Positions 17,048 through 25,782 of a stretch of DNA of 64,000 bases are shown piece after piece. Under the pieces are notes generated by a model. That model did no database searches, was not told the DNA's origin, and worked only from the letters and a program-made list of their open reading frames with translations. Positions within the stretch are counted from its first letter, which is position 1; every line of letters begins with the position of its first letter. Position numbers and translations under genes: made by a program. Origin of the DNA: a virus (lineage: Duplodnaviria > Heunggongvirae > Uroviricota > Caudoviricetes). Where the stretch lies: IMG/VR virus record IMGVR_UViG_3300006143_000275, one strand, 5' to 3'.

Positions 17048-18154
17048 ATGAACCCGATTTATGAAATCAATATGAACAATGCTCAGGTTGTTGTTGACAC
17101 TGGGCGTGTTAAGCAGAACTCCCCTGTTGTCGAGGTGTTTTCTGCTCTCGCAGCGGGCATGAAGCCCAATGTGGATGCCAAGGTTTTGGACAAATCTGTG
17201 GCAACGCTGAAGGAGCTGTCTTCTAAGGCTTTGGCTGGCGATCTTGCCGCACAGAGCGAAATCAATACCATTGTCCGTTTCGCTATTGAGCCGAAACTGC
17301 TGGAGGCTGTGCGCCTATTCGACTTTATGGGTACTTATCGTCGGATCGGATACCACGAAGCTCCTATGATGAAGACCTATAAGTATGAGAGCGTGGATTC
17401 TCGTTTCCAGGCTTCCAGTGCTGATGTGCCGTTTGCGGCTTGGAATTGGCGTGAGTACCCCATCGGCACCCAGACTATTTCTGGTGGCTTTGCTGTTGAT
17501 TACCGTGAGCTTCAGAGCGGCAATTTCGACGGCAATATTGCCGAGGGTATGAACCAGGTGCAGACTGATATGCAGAATAAGGCTGTCTATTATGTGATGA
17601 CTGTTCTGTACAATGCGCTGAAGAACGCTAAGGGCGTGAAGCACTTTGCTGAGTCCACCGGTATTACCAAGACCGGCGTTGACAATATGCTGAAGTCCAT
17701 GCGTCGGTACGGCAAGGTCAACATCGCTGGTGACTACTCTGTGGTTAGCCAGTTTAACGATTTTGCTGGGTTCAAGTCTCTGGCAGCTGACGAGACGCGG
17801 TACGCAAACACTATTGTCGCTGAGGAGATTCGTAAGACTGGACTTGTCAATTTGTACAACGGCGCAATCGTGACCGAGCTGCCCAACGCAATTAACTGGA
17901 CGAAGCTGAATGCTGCGGGCACCGACTACGATCTGTATATGCCCCAAGGTCTGCTGTTCTTCCTGCCCCGTGGCGCTGTGTCCCCGCTGCAGGTCTTCCT
18001 GCGTGGTGGTCTGACCACTATGACTGGTGACGACATCGTGACTCGGCAGCATCTGACCCGCTTCGACATGGAACTGGGCGCTGGTGTTGCGGAGGGTATG
18101 GAGGATCAGATCGGTCTGATTTCCGACACCAACTTTGAGGCACCCACCGCCTAA
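17048..18154 (+). CDS. Major capsid protein
   Basis: ~368 aa; strong AAGGAGG RBS; followed by terminator; position in head module. Confidence 0.8.
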   Translation: MNPIYEINMNNAQVVVDTGRVKQNSPVVEVFSALAAGMKPNVDAKVLDKSVATLKELSSKALAGDLAAQSEINTIVRFAIEPKLLEAVRLFDFMGTYRRIGYHEAPMMKTYKYESVDSRFQASSADVPFAAWNWREYPIGTQTISGGFAVDYRELQSGNFDGNIAEGMNQVQTDMQNKAVYYVMTVLYNALKNAKGVKHFAESTGITKTGVDNMLKSMRRYGKVNIAGDYSVVSQFNDFAGFKSLAADETRYANTIVAEEIRKTGLVNLYNGAIVTELPNAINWTKLNAAGTDYDLYMPQGLLFFLPRGAVSPLQVFLRGGLTTMTGDDIVTRQHLTRFDMELGAGVAEGMEDQIGLISDTNFEAPTA

Positions 18155-18183
18155 GCGACGAACTAAATCAAAGAAAACTAAAA

Positions 18184-18210
18184 GGGAGGGGTAAAACCCT
18201 CCCTAATTTT
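18184..18210 (+). terminator. Intrinsic terminator after capsid gene
   Basis: GGGAGGG-GTAAAA-CCCTCCC then AATTTT. Confidence 0.7.
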
Positions 18211-18230
18211 CAATAACAAGGAGAATCGTT

Positions 18231-18701
18231 ATGGCAACAAATAACAATGTCCTGGTAAATAATCTGTGCGCTTGGCCTCTCTCTTTCTGGCGTAAAGCTG
18301 GGCAGGGTGATGTTGAGATCCCCGCGAACGCGAAGAACTGGCCTCTGCTGTCATTCGAGGAGGTTCAGGCACAGATTCAAACTGGGAATAGGATGTTCAC
18401 TGGCACAGACGGTATGGGCAACCATGCTCGTATTCAGATTGTCAATGATGAGCAACGTAAGCAGCTTTTCGGCCTGGAAAGTGTGGAGACAGACGCTCCT
18501 GCTCTGCTGAACCTGGATGCTGTCAAGGCATTGCTGAATATCCGTACTAAGGCCAAGTTCAACGAGCAGCTTAAAGCAATGGTAACAACCGATGCTGAGA
18601 AGAAGATGCTGGTAGAGTTGGCACAGCAGGCCGGGTCAGATGATGTTGAGGCGTGGAAGGTGGATGCCCTACGTGCTCTGGCTGAAACTGCCGCCGTTTA
18701 G
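18231..18701 (+). CDS. Hypothetical virion morphogenesis protein
   Basis: AGGAG RBS; position after capsid. Confidence 0.7.
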   Translation: MATNNNVLVNNLCAWPLSFWRKAGQGDVEIPANAKNWPLLSFEEVQAQIQTGNRMFTGTDGMGNHARIQIVNDEQRKQLFGLESVETDAPALLNLDAVKALLNIRTKAKFNEQLKAMVTTDAEKKMLVELAQQAGSDDVEAWKVDALRALAETAAV

Positions 18702-18727
18702 GTCTGAGAGAGGAGAGGGTATGGAAT

Positions 18728-19132
18728 ATGCCTAACGCTAAGAGAACAACCTTTGCGGATATTGAGAAAACCTTCCATTCCATGCCTTTGACGAAATTTG
18801 AAATCCCAGAAGGATTAGAGGCAGAATGGCTTGCCACAGCGGTTGCAGATTATGAGTTGAATTTAAGCTGCGACTTGCGGTATAACGAGAAAACACAAAA
18901 GTTTGCCGGCAAACTGGATAGAACCGTTTGCCGGACGCTGGCGCAGATGATGTATGTGTCTTATCTGCAAAGGGAATTGAGCCGTGTCATGGCCTTGAAT
19001 GGTATTTACGGTAAAGATGTACAGCTGACAGGGCAGGATGCTACAAAGCGTGTGACCAAGCAGGAGCTTGACGATCAGATTGCTTTGGTTGAAAGACTGC
19101 TCCATCGGCAGAAAGATCATACGTATGGATAA
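18728..19132 (+). CDS. Putative head-tail connector
   Basis: Size and position; helical character. Confidence 0.55.
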   Translation: MPNAKRTTFADIEKTFHSMPLTKFEIPEGLEAEWLATAVADYELNLSCDLRYNEKTQKFAGKLDRTVCRTLAQMMYVSYLQRELSRVMALNGIYGKDVQLTGQDATKRVTKQELDDQIALVERLLHRQKDHTYG

Positions 19133-19143
19133 GGGGTGGTAAT

Positions 19144-20196
19144 ATGTCAGAGGAATCCAAGAGCTGGTATCGGATGACACGCCCCCTTTTCAACAGCGGT
19201 TTTGAGGATGATGAGTTTTGGGCATATGGTCAGGATGGCTTTCAGGAGGTGCTTGACTCTTTTATCGGGGCCGATGTGTTGATCTATGATAAGGCTGTAT
19301 ATGCCCAGCCACAACAGGTAAGAGCAATCGTTCAAAATAAGACCAGCGATGTTTACAACAGCACGACAGTACGACAAATTCTCTGTAATATTGGAATTTT
19401 GAAGTGCGGGCAGTATGTGAAATACGATGGAGCATTCTGGCTGGTCAGTGCGTTGCCAGACAACAACCGTATTTACGAAAAAGCGGTATTGTGGAAATGC
19501 AAACATTCCATTCGATTTGTTTCCCCGCTGACTGGTGAGATTGTAGACTATCCAGTATTTAGCACCAATAGTACACAGTACGGTACAGGTGAGTTGGAAA
19601 AGACCCACATGAATGTTGGAGAAGATCAGCATTTAATTTATCTCCCATTTAACCAAGAGACGATTTTGCTGGATGACAATTTCCGCTTTATCATGGATAA
19701 AAGACGTGACAAGCCAAGTGTCTATCGTATTACAAGGGTAGATCCTGTTTCTTATGCGGTAGGCAGTGAGCGTGAGGAGGATGGGTTAATTCAATGGTCA
19801 GTGCTGCAAGACCAGCTGAATACCGCAACAGACAGTGTTGAACTGATGATTGCAGATTATCATGCTGCTACCTCTGGTGGTGTAGAGGAAGTACCAGGGT
19901 CAACGGCTTCTCTCATATTGACTGATTTGGACGGAGACTTCAGATTGGCAAGTGGCGAAACAAAGCAAGTACAGGTTCGTTGTTTGACGGCTGATGGAGA
20001 TCCTATTGATCCACCTCAATACCACTTGGAATGCGACTTTGGCGGTGCAGTCAGTATTATCGCAGAGGAAGATGGTGTAATTACATTACAGGCAAAGAGC
20101 GATCCATCTTATGTTGGAAAGCAAATTGAAATCAAAGCGATCAATGACGAACTCGCGTGTGAGGCTGTCATTACTATTCAAATCGTGAATTGGTAG
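19144..20196 (+). CDS. Putative head closure/neck protein with Ig-like C-terminus
   Basis: Position; beta-rich C-terminal domain. Confidence 0.5.
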   Translation: MSEESKSWYRMTRPLFNSGFEDDEFWAYGQDGFQEVLDSFIGADVLIYDKAVYAQPQQVRAIVQNKTSDVYNSTTVRQILCNIGILKCGQYVKYDGAFWLVSALPDNNRIYEKAVLWKCKHSIRFVSPLTGEIVDYPVFSTNSTQYGTGELEKTHMNVGEDQHLIYLPFNQETILLDDNFRFIMDKRRDKPSVYRITRVDPVSYAVGSEREEDGLIQWSVLQDQLNTATDSVELMIADYHAATSGGVEEVPGSTASLILTDLDGDFRLASGETKQVQVRCLTADGDPIDPPQYHLECDFGGAVSIIAEEDGVITLQAKSDPSYVGKQIEIKAINDELACEAVITIQIVNW

Positions 20197-20200
20197 GGAG

Positions 20201-20707
20201 GTGAAGAGAGTGCCGCATTTTGACGCGATGATTCAGCAAAAAATCCTTTTGAAGCGTAAGCTGCTACAAAATCAGGCAGTGGTAAACCTGCTTTGTAATG
20301 TGGGCAATAATGTAGTGGAGTTTGAGAATATCAGAACGGGAAGCAAAAGTCCTGCGGCGTCTCTTATCAAAACTCACTTTTATGTCCCAGATACACAAAC
20401 AGTAGATAAAAACTTCATTACGATGCGTAGCCGTGTGGTATATACCGACTCGAATGTGGTGAAGGAGACGGGGATCACCGTCTATATCATCTGTAACGAA
20501 CACCAAATTGACTTGCTGCAGGGTTCCAGAGCGGATCTGCTGGCAGATGAGGTTGATTGTATTCTGAATAACGGAGAGGAACCTTTGTTTGGGCTGGGAG
20601 GAATTGTTCTGAGCACAGCAGATGAGGTTCAGTTTAACGAAGGATATTCTGGGTGGCAAATCCCATATATCACTCACGAGAGGAATAGGAGCGCAGAACT
20701 GTTATGA
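20201..20707 (+). CDS. Putative tail terminator/neck protein
   Basis: GGGAGG RBS; position before tail tube. Confidence 0.45.
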   Translation: MKRVPHFDAMIQQKILLKRKLLQNQAVVNLLCNVGNNVVEFENIRTGSKSPAASLIKTHFYVPDTQTVDKNFITMRSRVVYTDSNVVKETGITVYIICNEHQIDLLQGSRADLLADEVDCILNNGEEPLFGLGGIVLSTADEVQFNEGYSGWQIPYITHERNRSAELL

Positions 20708-21423
20708 TTGATAGTCTAACTGCGCTGACAGGCGAAGCGTACAAAATTACACCAAAAATTGGAGTGAGGAACCCAACATTGAGGGAGATCTACCATTATG
20801 GGGAGCAGCAGTATTTTGGACTTGCACAGACAATTTGTGCAACACCCGCTGACCGTAAGGTAGAGATATGGGACGCTATGAATACTTATTGGGATAGGAT
20901 AGACGAGTATGAGTTGTTTGTGTCTACGTTTAGAGCTATCCAGTTGCGTGACACGAAGATACTGTTTGGGGATTTAGATGTGGCTTCGTTTCAACCTATG
21001 CCCTCAAAGAACCTCAAAGATTTTGTTCTTGTGAATCGGGATGGGGCGGTAATCGACCGTGCGGTTTACAAGTTGCTAACTGATTATCTACGGCATATCC
21101 ATCAGTTCAAAAAGAATGAAGTGAAGCCGTATGACGATTATACCAGAGATATTATGATCGAGGCGGATCGGGATGATCGCGAGGACGCAGCAAACAAGCC
21201 GTTCAAGTCCATGCTGAAACCACTTGTTTCTTCGGCAATAAACCTGCCTGGATCTCAATTTCGATGGGATACTGTTTGGGATGCACCTATCGGAGTGTTT
21301 ATGGACAGTATTATGCGTATGCAAAAGCGTGACCATTACTATTTCACAATGCTTGGAATTTATAGTGGTTGCGTTGATATGAAAAAAATCAACAAAAAAG
21401 AGCTTGAATGGATGTCTGACTGA
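20704..21423 (+). CDS. Hypothetical tail-module protein
   Basis: ATGA overlap with upstream gene. Confidence 0.65.
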   Translation: MIDSLTALTGEAYKITPKIGVRNPTLREIYHYGEQQYFGLAQTICATPADRKVEIWDAMNTYWDRIDEYELFVSTFRAIQLRDTKILFGDLDVASFQPMPSKNLKDFVLVNRDGAVIDRAVYKLLTDYLRHIHQFKKNEVKPYDDYTRDIMIEADRDDREDAANKPFKSMLKPLVSSAINLPGSQFRWDTVWDAPIGVFMDSIMRMQKRDHYYFTMLGIYSGCVDMKKINKKELEWMSD

Positions 21424-21455
21424 CACCTGCGGCTAACAAGAAAGGATGGTTAATT

Positions 21456-22250
21456 ATGCCTAATTTTGACATTAAGAGTGCTGTTATCAACAGATTTCTC
21501 CGTCTAACCGAGGTAGATCTGGAGTCTGGTATGGTGAATTGGGTGCTCAGAAACATCGAAAGCCCCCAGGCTGAGTTCACTGGCGAATCTGTGGATAAGA
21601 CCGACGAGCGTGGTATTCTAATCTCACGTTTTGATACCGCCAAGGGTTTCACTCTGTCCGGCGAAAGTTCTAAGCTGGAGCTTGGCCTGATGGCTTCTCA
21701 GCTGGGTACTGAGGTTCAGGTGGCGACCGCCGACAAGAAGATCAAGGGTGAGGATTTCGAGATCATCACGATTGTGGAGGACAGTGGTGAAAAGAAAGCT
21801 ACCATGGCTTATACCCCGACGACTACCCCCAGTGTGGTGTACGCGATCAACAAGGACAAGTCTCTGGGCGATCCCATTGAAGTCGGTACTGCTGATGAAA
21901 ACGCCAAGATTACCGGAAATGTTATCACGCTGCCTGATACCTATACCGGAAGTCGTATTGGCGTGCTGTATCAGTACGAGACGGACGAGGCCGTTCGTGT
22001 GACCGACAGCTCTGAAACCTTCAACAAGAATGCCAAGTATATTGCCAAGATCCTGGCTGAAGATGTGTGTGGTGTGACCGCTGCTATCACTATTGTGATT
22101 TCCAAGGGTAAGCTGGACAACAACTTCAGTCTGAATCTGACCACCGAGGGCACCCACCCCTTCAGCATTTCCGCCATGAAGGATTACTGCTCCGAGGAGG
22201 AAGAGCTGTGCTACATCCTCATCGGTAAGGCAGTTGGCGTGGGCGTGTAA
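21456..22250 (+). CDS. Major tail (tube) protein
   Basis: 264 aa, beta-rich; codon usage resembles capsid gene; position. Confidence 0.7.
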   Translation: MPNFDIKSAVINRFLRLTEVDLESGMVNWVLRNIESPQAEFTGESVDKTDERGILISRFDTAKGFTLSGESSKLELGLMASQLGTEVQVATADKKIKGEDFEIITIVEDSGEKKATMAYTPTTTPSVVYAINKDKSLGDPIEVGTADENAKITGNVITLPDTYTGSRIGVLYQYETDEAVRVTDSSETFNKNAKYIAKILAEDVCGVTAAITIVISKGKLDNNFSLNLTTEGTHPFSISAMKDYCSEEEELCYILIGKAVGVGV

Positions 22251-22253
22251 GCG

Positions 22254-22616
22254 ATGAAGCGTCATTGCCGGGTGTGCGGTGCAGAGTACGAGTATTGCTA
22301 TTCCTGTGAAAAGGTTCATAGCTGGCGTGCTCTGACCGACACCGCCGACCATTACTATATTCTCAATGTCTTGATGGAATATCAGGGCGATCACGATGCT
22401 GTGAAAGCCTATCATGCTCTTAGCAAACGTGGTGTGAATATTCGAGAGACAGACGGCCTTTTGCCGAGTGTGAAAATGCTCATGGTGGAAATCGCCTCAA
22501 AAGTGAAAGGTATGAATGGGACGAGAAAGAAAGCTGTTCCCGCTGGTCAGGCGGTCGTTGAGAAGAAGGATGAAAAGCAGTTGCATTCAACAGATGATGC
22601 TGAGGTAAGTGAATAA
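22254..22616 (+). CDS. Hypothetical Zn-finger protein
   Basis: CRVC...CYSC motif. Confidence 0.65.
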   Translation: MKRHCRVCGAEYEYCYSCEKVHSWRALTDTADHYYILNVLMEYQGDHDAVKAYHALSKRGVNIRETDGLLPSVKMLMVEIASKVKGMNGTRKKAVPAGQAVVEKKDEKQLHSTDDAEVSE

Positions 22617-22626
22617 GAATAAAGAA

Positions 22627-22664
22627 GAGGCGTTGCAGAAAATAGGCTGCAGCGCCTCCTTTTT
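22627..22664 (+). terminator. Intrinsic terminator
   Basis: GAGGCGTTGCAG/CTGCAGCGCCTC stem plus T run. Confidence 0.7.
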
Positions 22665-22684
22665 CGATTTGGAGGTGAGTAGAG

Positions 22685-23218
22685 GTGAATATCCTGGCCG
22701 TTGATCAGGCCAGACATGGTGCGTGGGCTGTTTTCGATTATGAAGAAAAGTCTCTGGTTGACTATGGGACGTGGGCTTTTGAGAGCAAAAATCATACATT
22801 TGAACAGGCAATTTTGCACATCGAGGCGTTGATAAATGAAGTGATACACACGCGCTGCATTGATGCGGTTTTCTTTGAGGACATTCAGTTGAGAAAGAAT
22901 GTGCAATCTTTCAAGAAACTGGCACAGTTGCAGGGTGTACTCGTAAATCTGTGTGAGAAAAACGAATACCTTTATGGTCTTGTAGCACCAACGCAATGGC
23001 AAAATTTTTGTAAAGCACGAGGCAGAACTACCAAGGAAATCAAATCCAAGGTAAAAGAGGTGGAGCTTGAACCAAAGAAAAGTTCCAAAATTCTTTCTCT
23101 GCAATTTGTGCGGGAAAAGTTCGGAATCGAGACTGATAATGACAACCTTTCGGATGCAATCTGTATTGGTCACTATGTCGTAAACAATTTGGAAATATCA
23201 AAAGGAGAGAAAACATGA
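22685..23218 (+). CDS. RuvC-like Holliday junction resolvase
   Basis: ILAVDQ, FFED and DNLSDAICIG acidic catalytic pattern. Confidence 0.8.
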   Translation: MNILAVDQARHGAWAVFDYEEKSLVDYGTWAFESKNHTFEQAILHIEALINEVIHTRCIDAVFFEDIQLRKNVQSFKKLAQLQGVLVNLCEKNEYLYGLVAPTQWQNFCKARGRTTKEIKSKVKEVELEPKKSSKILSLQFVREKFGIETDNDNLSDAICIGHYVVNNLEISKGEKT

Positions 23219-23862
23219 GTGCAAACATGAAGAATCGTATTTGTGGTGAATTTGCCGAGGACTTTGAGGATATTCAGGATTTGATGGAGGATGTGCTTCC
23301 TGAACCTTCCTTGCTTGAATACTATCGTCGGCTGAAAAAGAGGGAAATTCTCTGGAACGACGAAATTGATGATGCCACAGTCGACATTGCGCTTTACATC
23401 CGAAAGTGGAATGCAGAGGATAGAGGCATTGAACCGAAGGATCGTCGGCCTATCAAAATCCTTATCAATTCAGACGGCGGCAGTGTGGATACAGTGCTAC
23501 ACATCATTGATATGATCCACTTATCTAAAACCCCCGTTTATACCATTGGCATGGGACGAGTTTATAGTGCTGGTGGCCTTTTGCTGATGGCCGGTCACAA
23601 ACGGTATATCTTCCCTCATACCAGTTGTCTTATTCACGATGGATCTTCTGGTGCAATCGGCAGTATTGGCAAAATGTTGGATAACTTGGAATTTACCAAG
23701 GAGCTGGAGGTGCGGATGAAAGCGTATATCATTTCCAGCACTCACATTACGGAGGATGTTTATGACAAGAACTACCGGCGAGACTGGTTTATGTTCAGTG
23801 AAGAAATGATTAAGTTGGGAATCGCTGATGAGATTGTGACAGACATTGATACCATTCTTTAA
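23215..23862 (+). CDS. clpP: ClpP-family protease subunit
   Basis: INSDGGSV, YSAG (Ser), LIHD (His), RDWFM (Asp), LGIADEI. Confidence 0.88.
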   Translation: MSANMKNRICGEFAEDFEDIQDLMEDVLPEPSLLEYYRRLKKREILWNDEIDDATVDIALYIRKWNAEDRGIEPKDRRPIKILINSDGGSVDTVLHIIDMIHLSKTPVYTIGMGRVYSAGGLLLMAGHKRYIFPHTSCLIHDGSSGAIGSIGKMLDNLEFTKELEVRMKAYIISSTHITEDVYDKNYRRDWFMFSEEMIKLGIADEIVTDIDTIL

Positions 23863-23874
23863 GGAGTGAAAAAT

Positions 23875-24600
23875 ATGGCGCGGAAAAATATTGGCGTGAG
23901 CATTCATGATGTTCCTATTACCCTTTCTGAACACCCGTTTTATGGGCTGAGGCTGGATGAACAGCAAAAGATTTTTCGGGATGCGATTTGGAGCAAGGAG
24001 AAACTGGTTGTTTTCTGTAACGCCAAGGCAGGTACAGGAAAAACACTTATTGCTACTGCCACGGCCAATCTTCTATATGAGTATGGCAGAAGCCAAGGCA
24101 TTGTGTATATCGCTTCACCGACACAGGAACAAAAACAAGGTTTCCTAAAGGGAACTATCGAAGAAAAATCCGAACCGTATTTCGAGCCGTTTTATGAAGC
24201 GTTAGATAAGATAGGTGTGAATCGGAACACCGCATTTTATGACAGTTCTATCAACGAGAAGTACCAGAGCGCCTACATCGAATGTTTGACACACACTTTT
24301 CTGCGAGGCACGAACTTTGAGAACAAGGTAGTTATTGTAGATGAAGCCCAGAATTTCTACTTTGATGAGTTAAAAAAAGTGCTAACACGTGTCCATGATA
24401 GCTGCAAAGTAATTGTTATCGGACATGACGGACAGAACGACCTTATTTCCAATCCGGAGCGTTCTGGATTTGTGCCTTACATGGAGTGGTTTAACAATGA
24501 TGAGCGGACGGCAGTTTGCCGTCTGGAAAAGAACTATCGTGGCTGGATCAGTCAACACGCGGATGATTTGACTTACAATCTGGCTATGAAAATGAACTGA
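23875..24600 (+). CDS. phoH: PhoH-family ATPase
   Basis: AKAGTGKT P-loop, LRG, DEAQN, GHDGQND. Confidence 0.88.
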   Translation: MARKNIGVSIHDVPITLSEHPFYGLRLDEQQKIFRDAIWSKEKLVVFCNAKAGTGKTLIATATANLLYEYGRSQGIVYIASPTQEQKQGFLKGTIEEKSEPYFEPFYEALDKIGVNRNTAFYDSSINEKYQSAYIECLTHTFLRGTNFENKVVIVDEAQNFYFDELKKVLTRVHDSCKVIVIGHDGQNDLISNPERSGFVPYMEWFNNDERTAVCRLEKNYRGWISQHADDLTYNLAMKMN

Positions 24601-24612
24601 TTCTGGAGGATT

Positions 24613-25239
24613 ATGATAATGAAGAAAATCGCAGTGAATACTGTAAAAGCCTTTCTAAAAGAGCACAAGCGTGAAGACGCATATACCCAGACATTCACCA
24701 TGGGAGACAGTTCTTTTGAAGTGGCCTTTCACACAGCGTTGACAGTAAGTGAGAAAACCACCTTTATCAATCGGGTGATTTCCGGTTGTTTTGATTCTAC
24801 GGGCAAATTCCGGCCTGAGTATGTTTCCCCTATGCTGCGGGCCACAATTATGCAGATGTGTACGAACCTTCCGCCCCTGACTCTCAAAAACGAAACAGAC
24901 GATGAGGGCGCTGCGGCATTGGATTTGAACGGCATGAACGAGCTGTATTTGGCTCTCAATCTGGATGCCGTGCAGAATGAGGGGTATCAGGCTATGTTGG
25001 GTGAAATGGTTGCCCTCTGTACTCAAGCTATCGACTGGAAGAAGGGCTGTACTTTGAGTGGTAACACAACGGAGAACGCTCTGCGTGATTTGATTGTGGC
25101 TCTGACTACAAAGGTGGATAGTCTGAATGTGAGCGACCTGATGCAGTTTGCAGGTGATCTGTCTGTTGCGACAAAGGGGTTAGACGAGGGCGGCATTTTG
25201 CAAGGATTACTTAAACTCCACGAGGGGAAGAAAGAGTAA
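24613..25239 (+). CDS. Putative tail assembly chaperone
   Basis: GGAGG RBS; position before TMP. Confidence 0.45.
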   Translation: MIMKKIAVNTVKAFLKEHKREDAYTQTFTMGDSSFEVAFHTALTVSEKTTFINRVISGCFDSTGKFRPEYVSPMLRATIMQMCTNLPPLTLKNETDDEGAAALDLNGMNELYLALNLDAVQNEGYQAMLGEMVALCTQAIDWKKGCTLSGNTTENALRDLIVALTTKVDSLNVSDLMQFAGDLSVATKGLDEGGILQGLLKLHEGKKE

Positions 25240-25256
25240 AAGAAGGAGGTGGCGGC

Positions 25257-25754
25257 ATGGGTACGACTATTCGTGAAGCTCTTGCGGCAGCGAACAAAAA
25301 ATTGATGGGAAAGATTGACGATGCCATGAATAATGAAGTATTCAAAGAGATTCAAGACGAAGAAGCCGCCACCATTTACGAGGTTATCTATAAAGTCTAT
25401 ACGCCTCGAATGTATCGCAGACGCGGAGAATATGGCGGTATGGCTGACCCTTATAACATTGAAATTGAGGGAGGAACATCCCGTGGTGGAGTTATGGCGG
25501 TAGTCAACTTAACCGATCCGAATCCGGGCGGCTGTATGAGCGAGGGACAGGTGACGACCGGGAAAAATCTTCCCGAACTAATCGAGTACGGGCATGGGTA
25601 CAAGTTTTATCAATACGACTTTCCGAAACAAGGCGCGGCCTATATGGGGCCGCGTCCTTTTACTGCAAAAACGATTGAACACCTAAAAGCAAGTAAAGCA
25701 CACATCACTGCTTTGAAAGCAGGATTACAAAGGCAGGGTGTCAAAGTGAAATGA
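25257..25754 (+). CDS. Putative tail completion protein (HK97 gp10-like position)
   Basis: GPRPF motif near C-terminus; directly before TMP. Confidence 0.45.
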   Translation: MGTTIREALAAANKKLMGKIDDAMNNEVFKEIQDEEAATIYEVIYKVYTPRMYRRRGEYGGMADPYNIEIEGGTSRGGVMAVVNLTDPNPGGCMSEGQVTTGKNLPELIEYGHGYKFYQYDFPKQGAAYMGPRPFTAKTIEHLKASKAHITALKAGLQRQGVKVK

Positions 25755-25782
25755 TTTTTGAAATAAAGGGTGGTGAGAAAAG

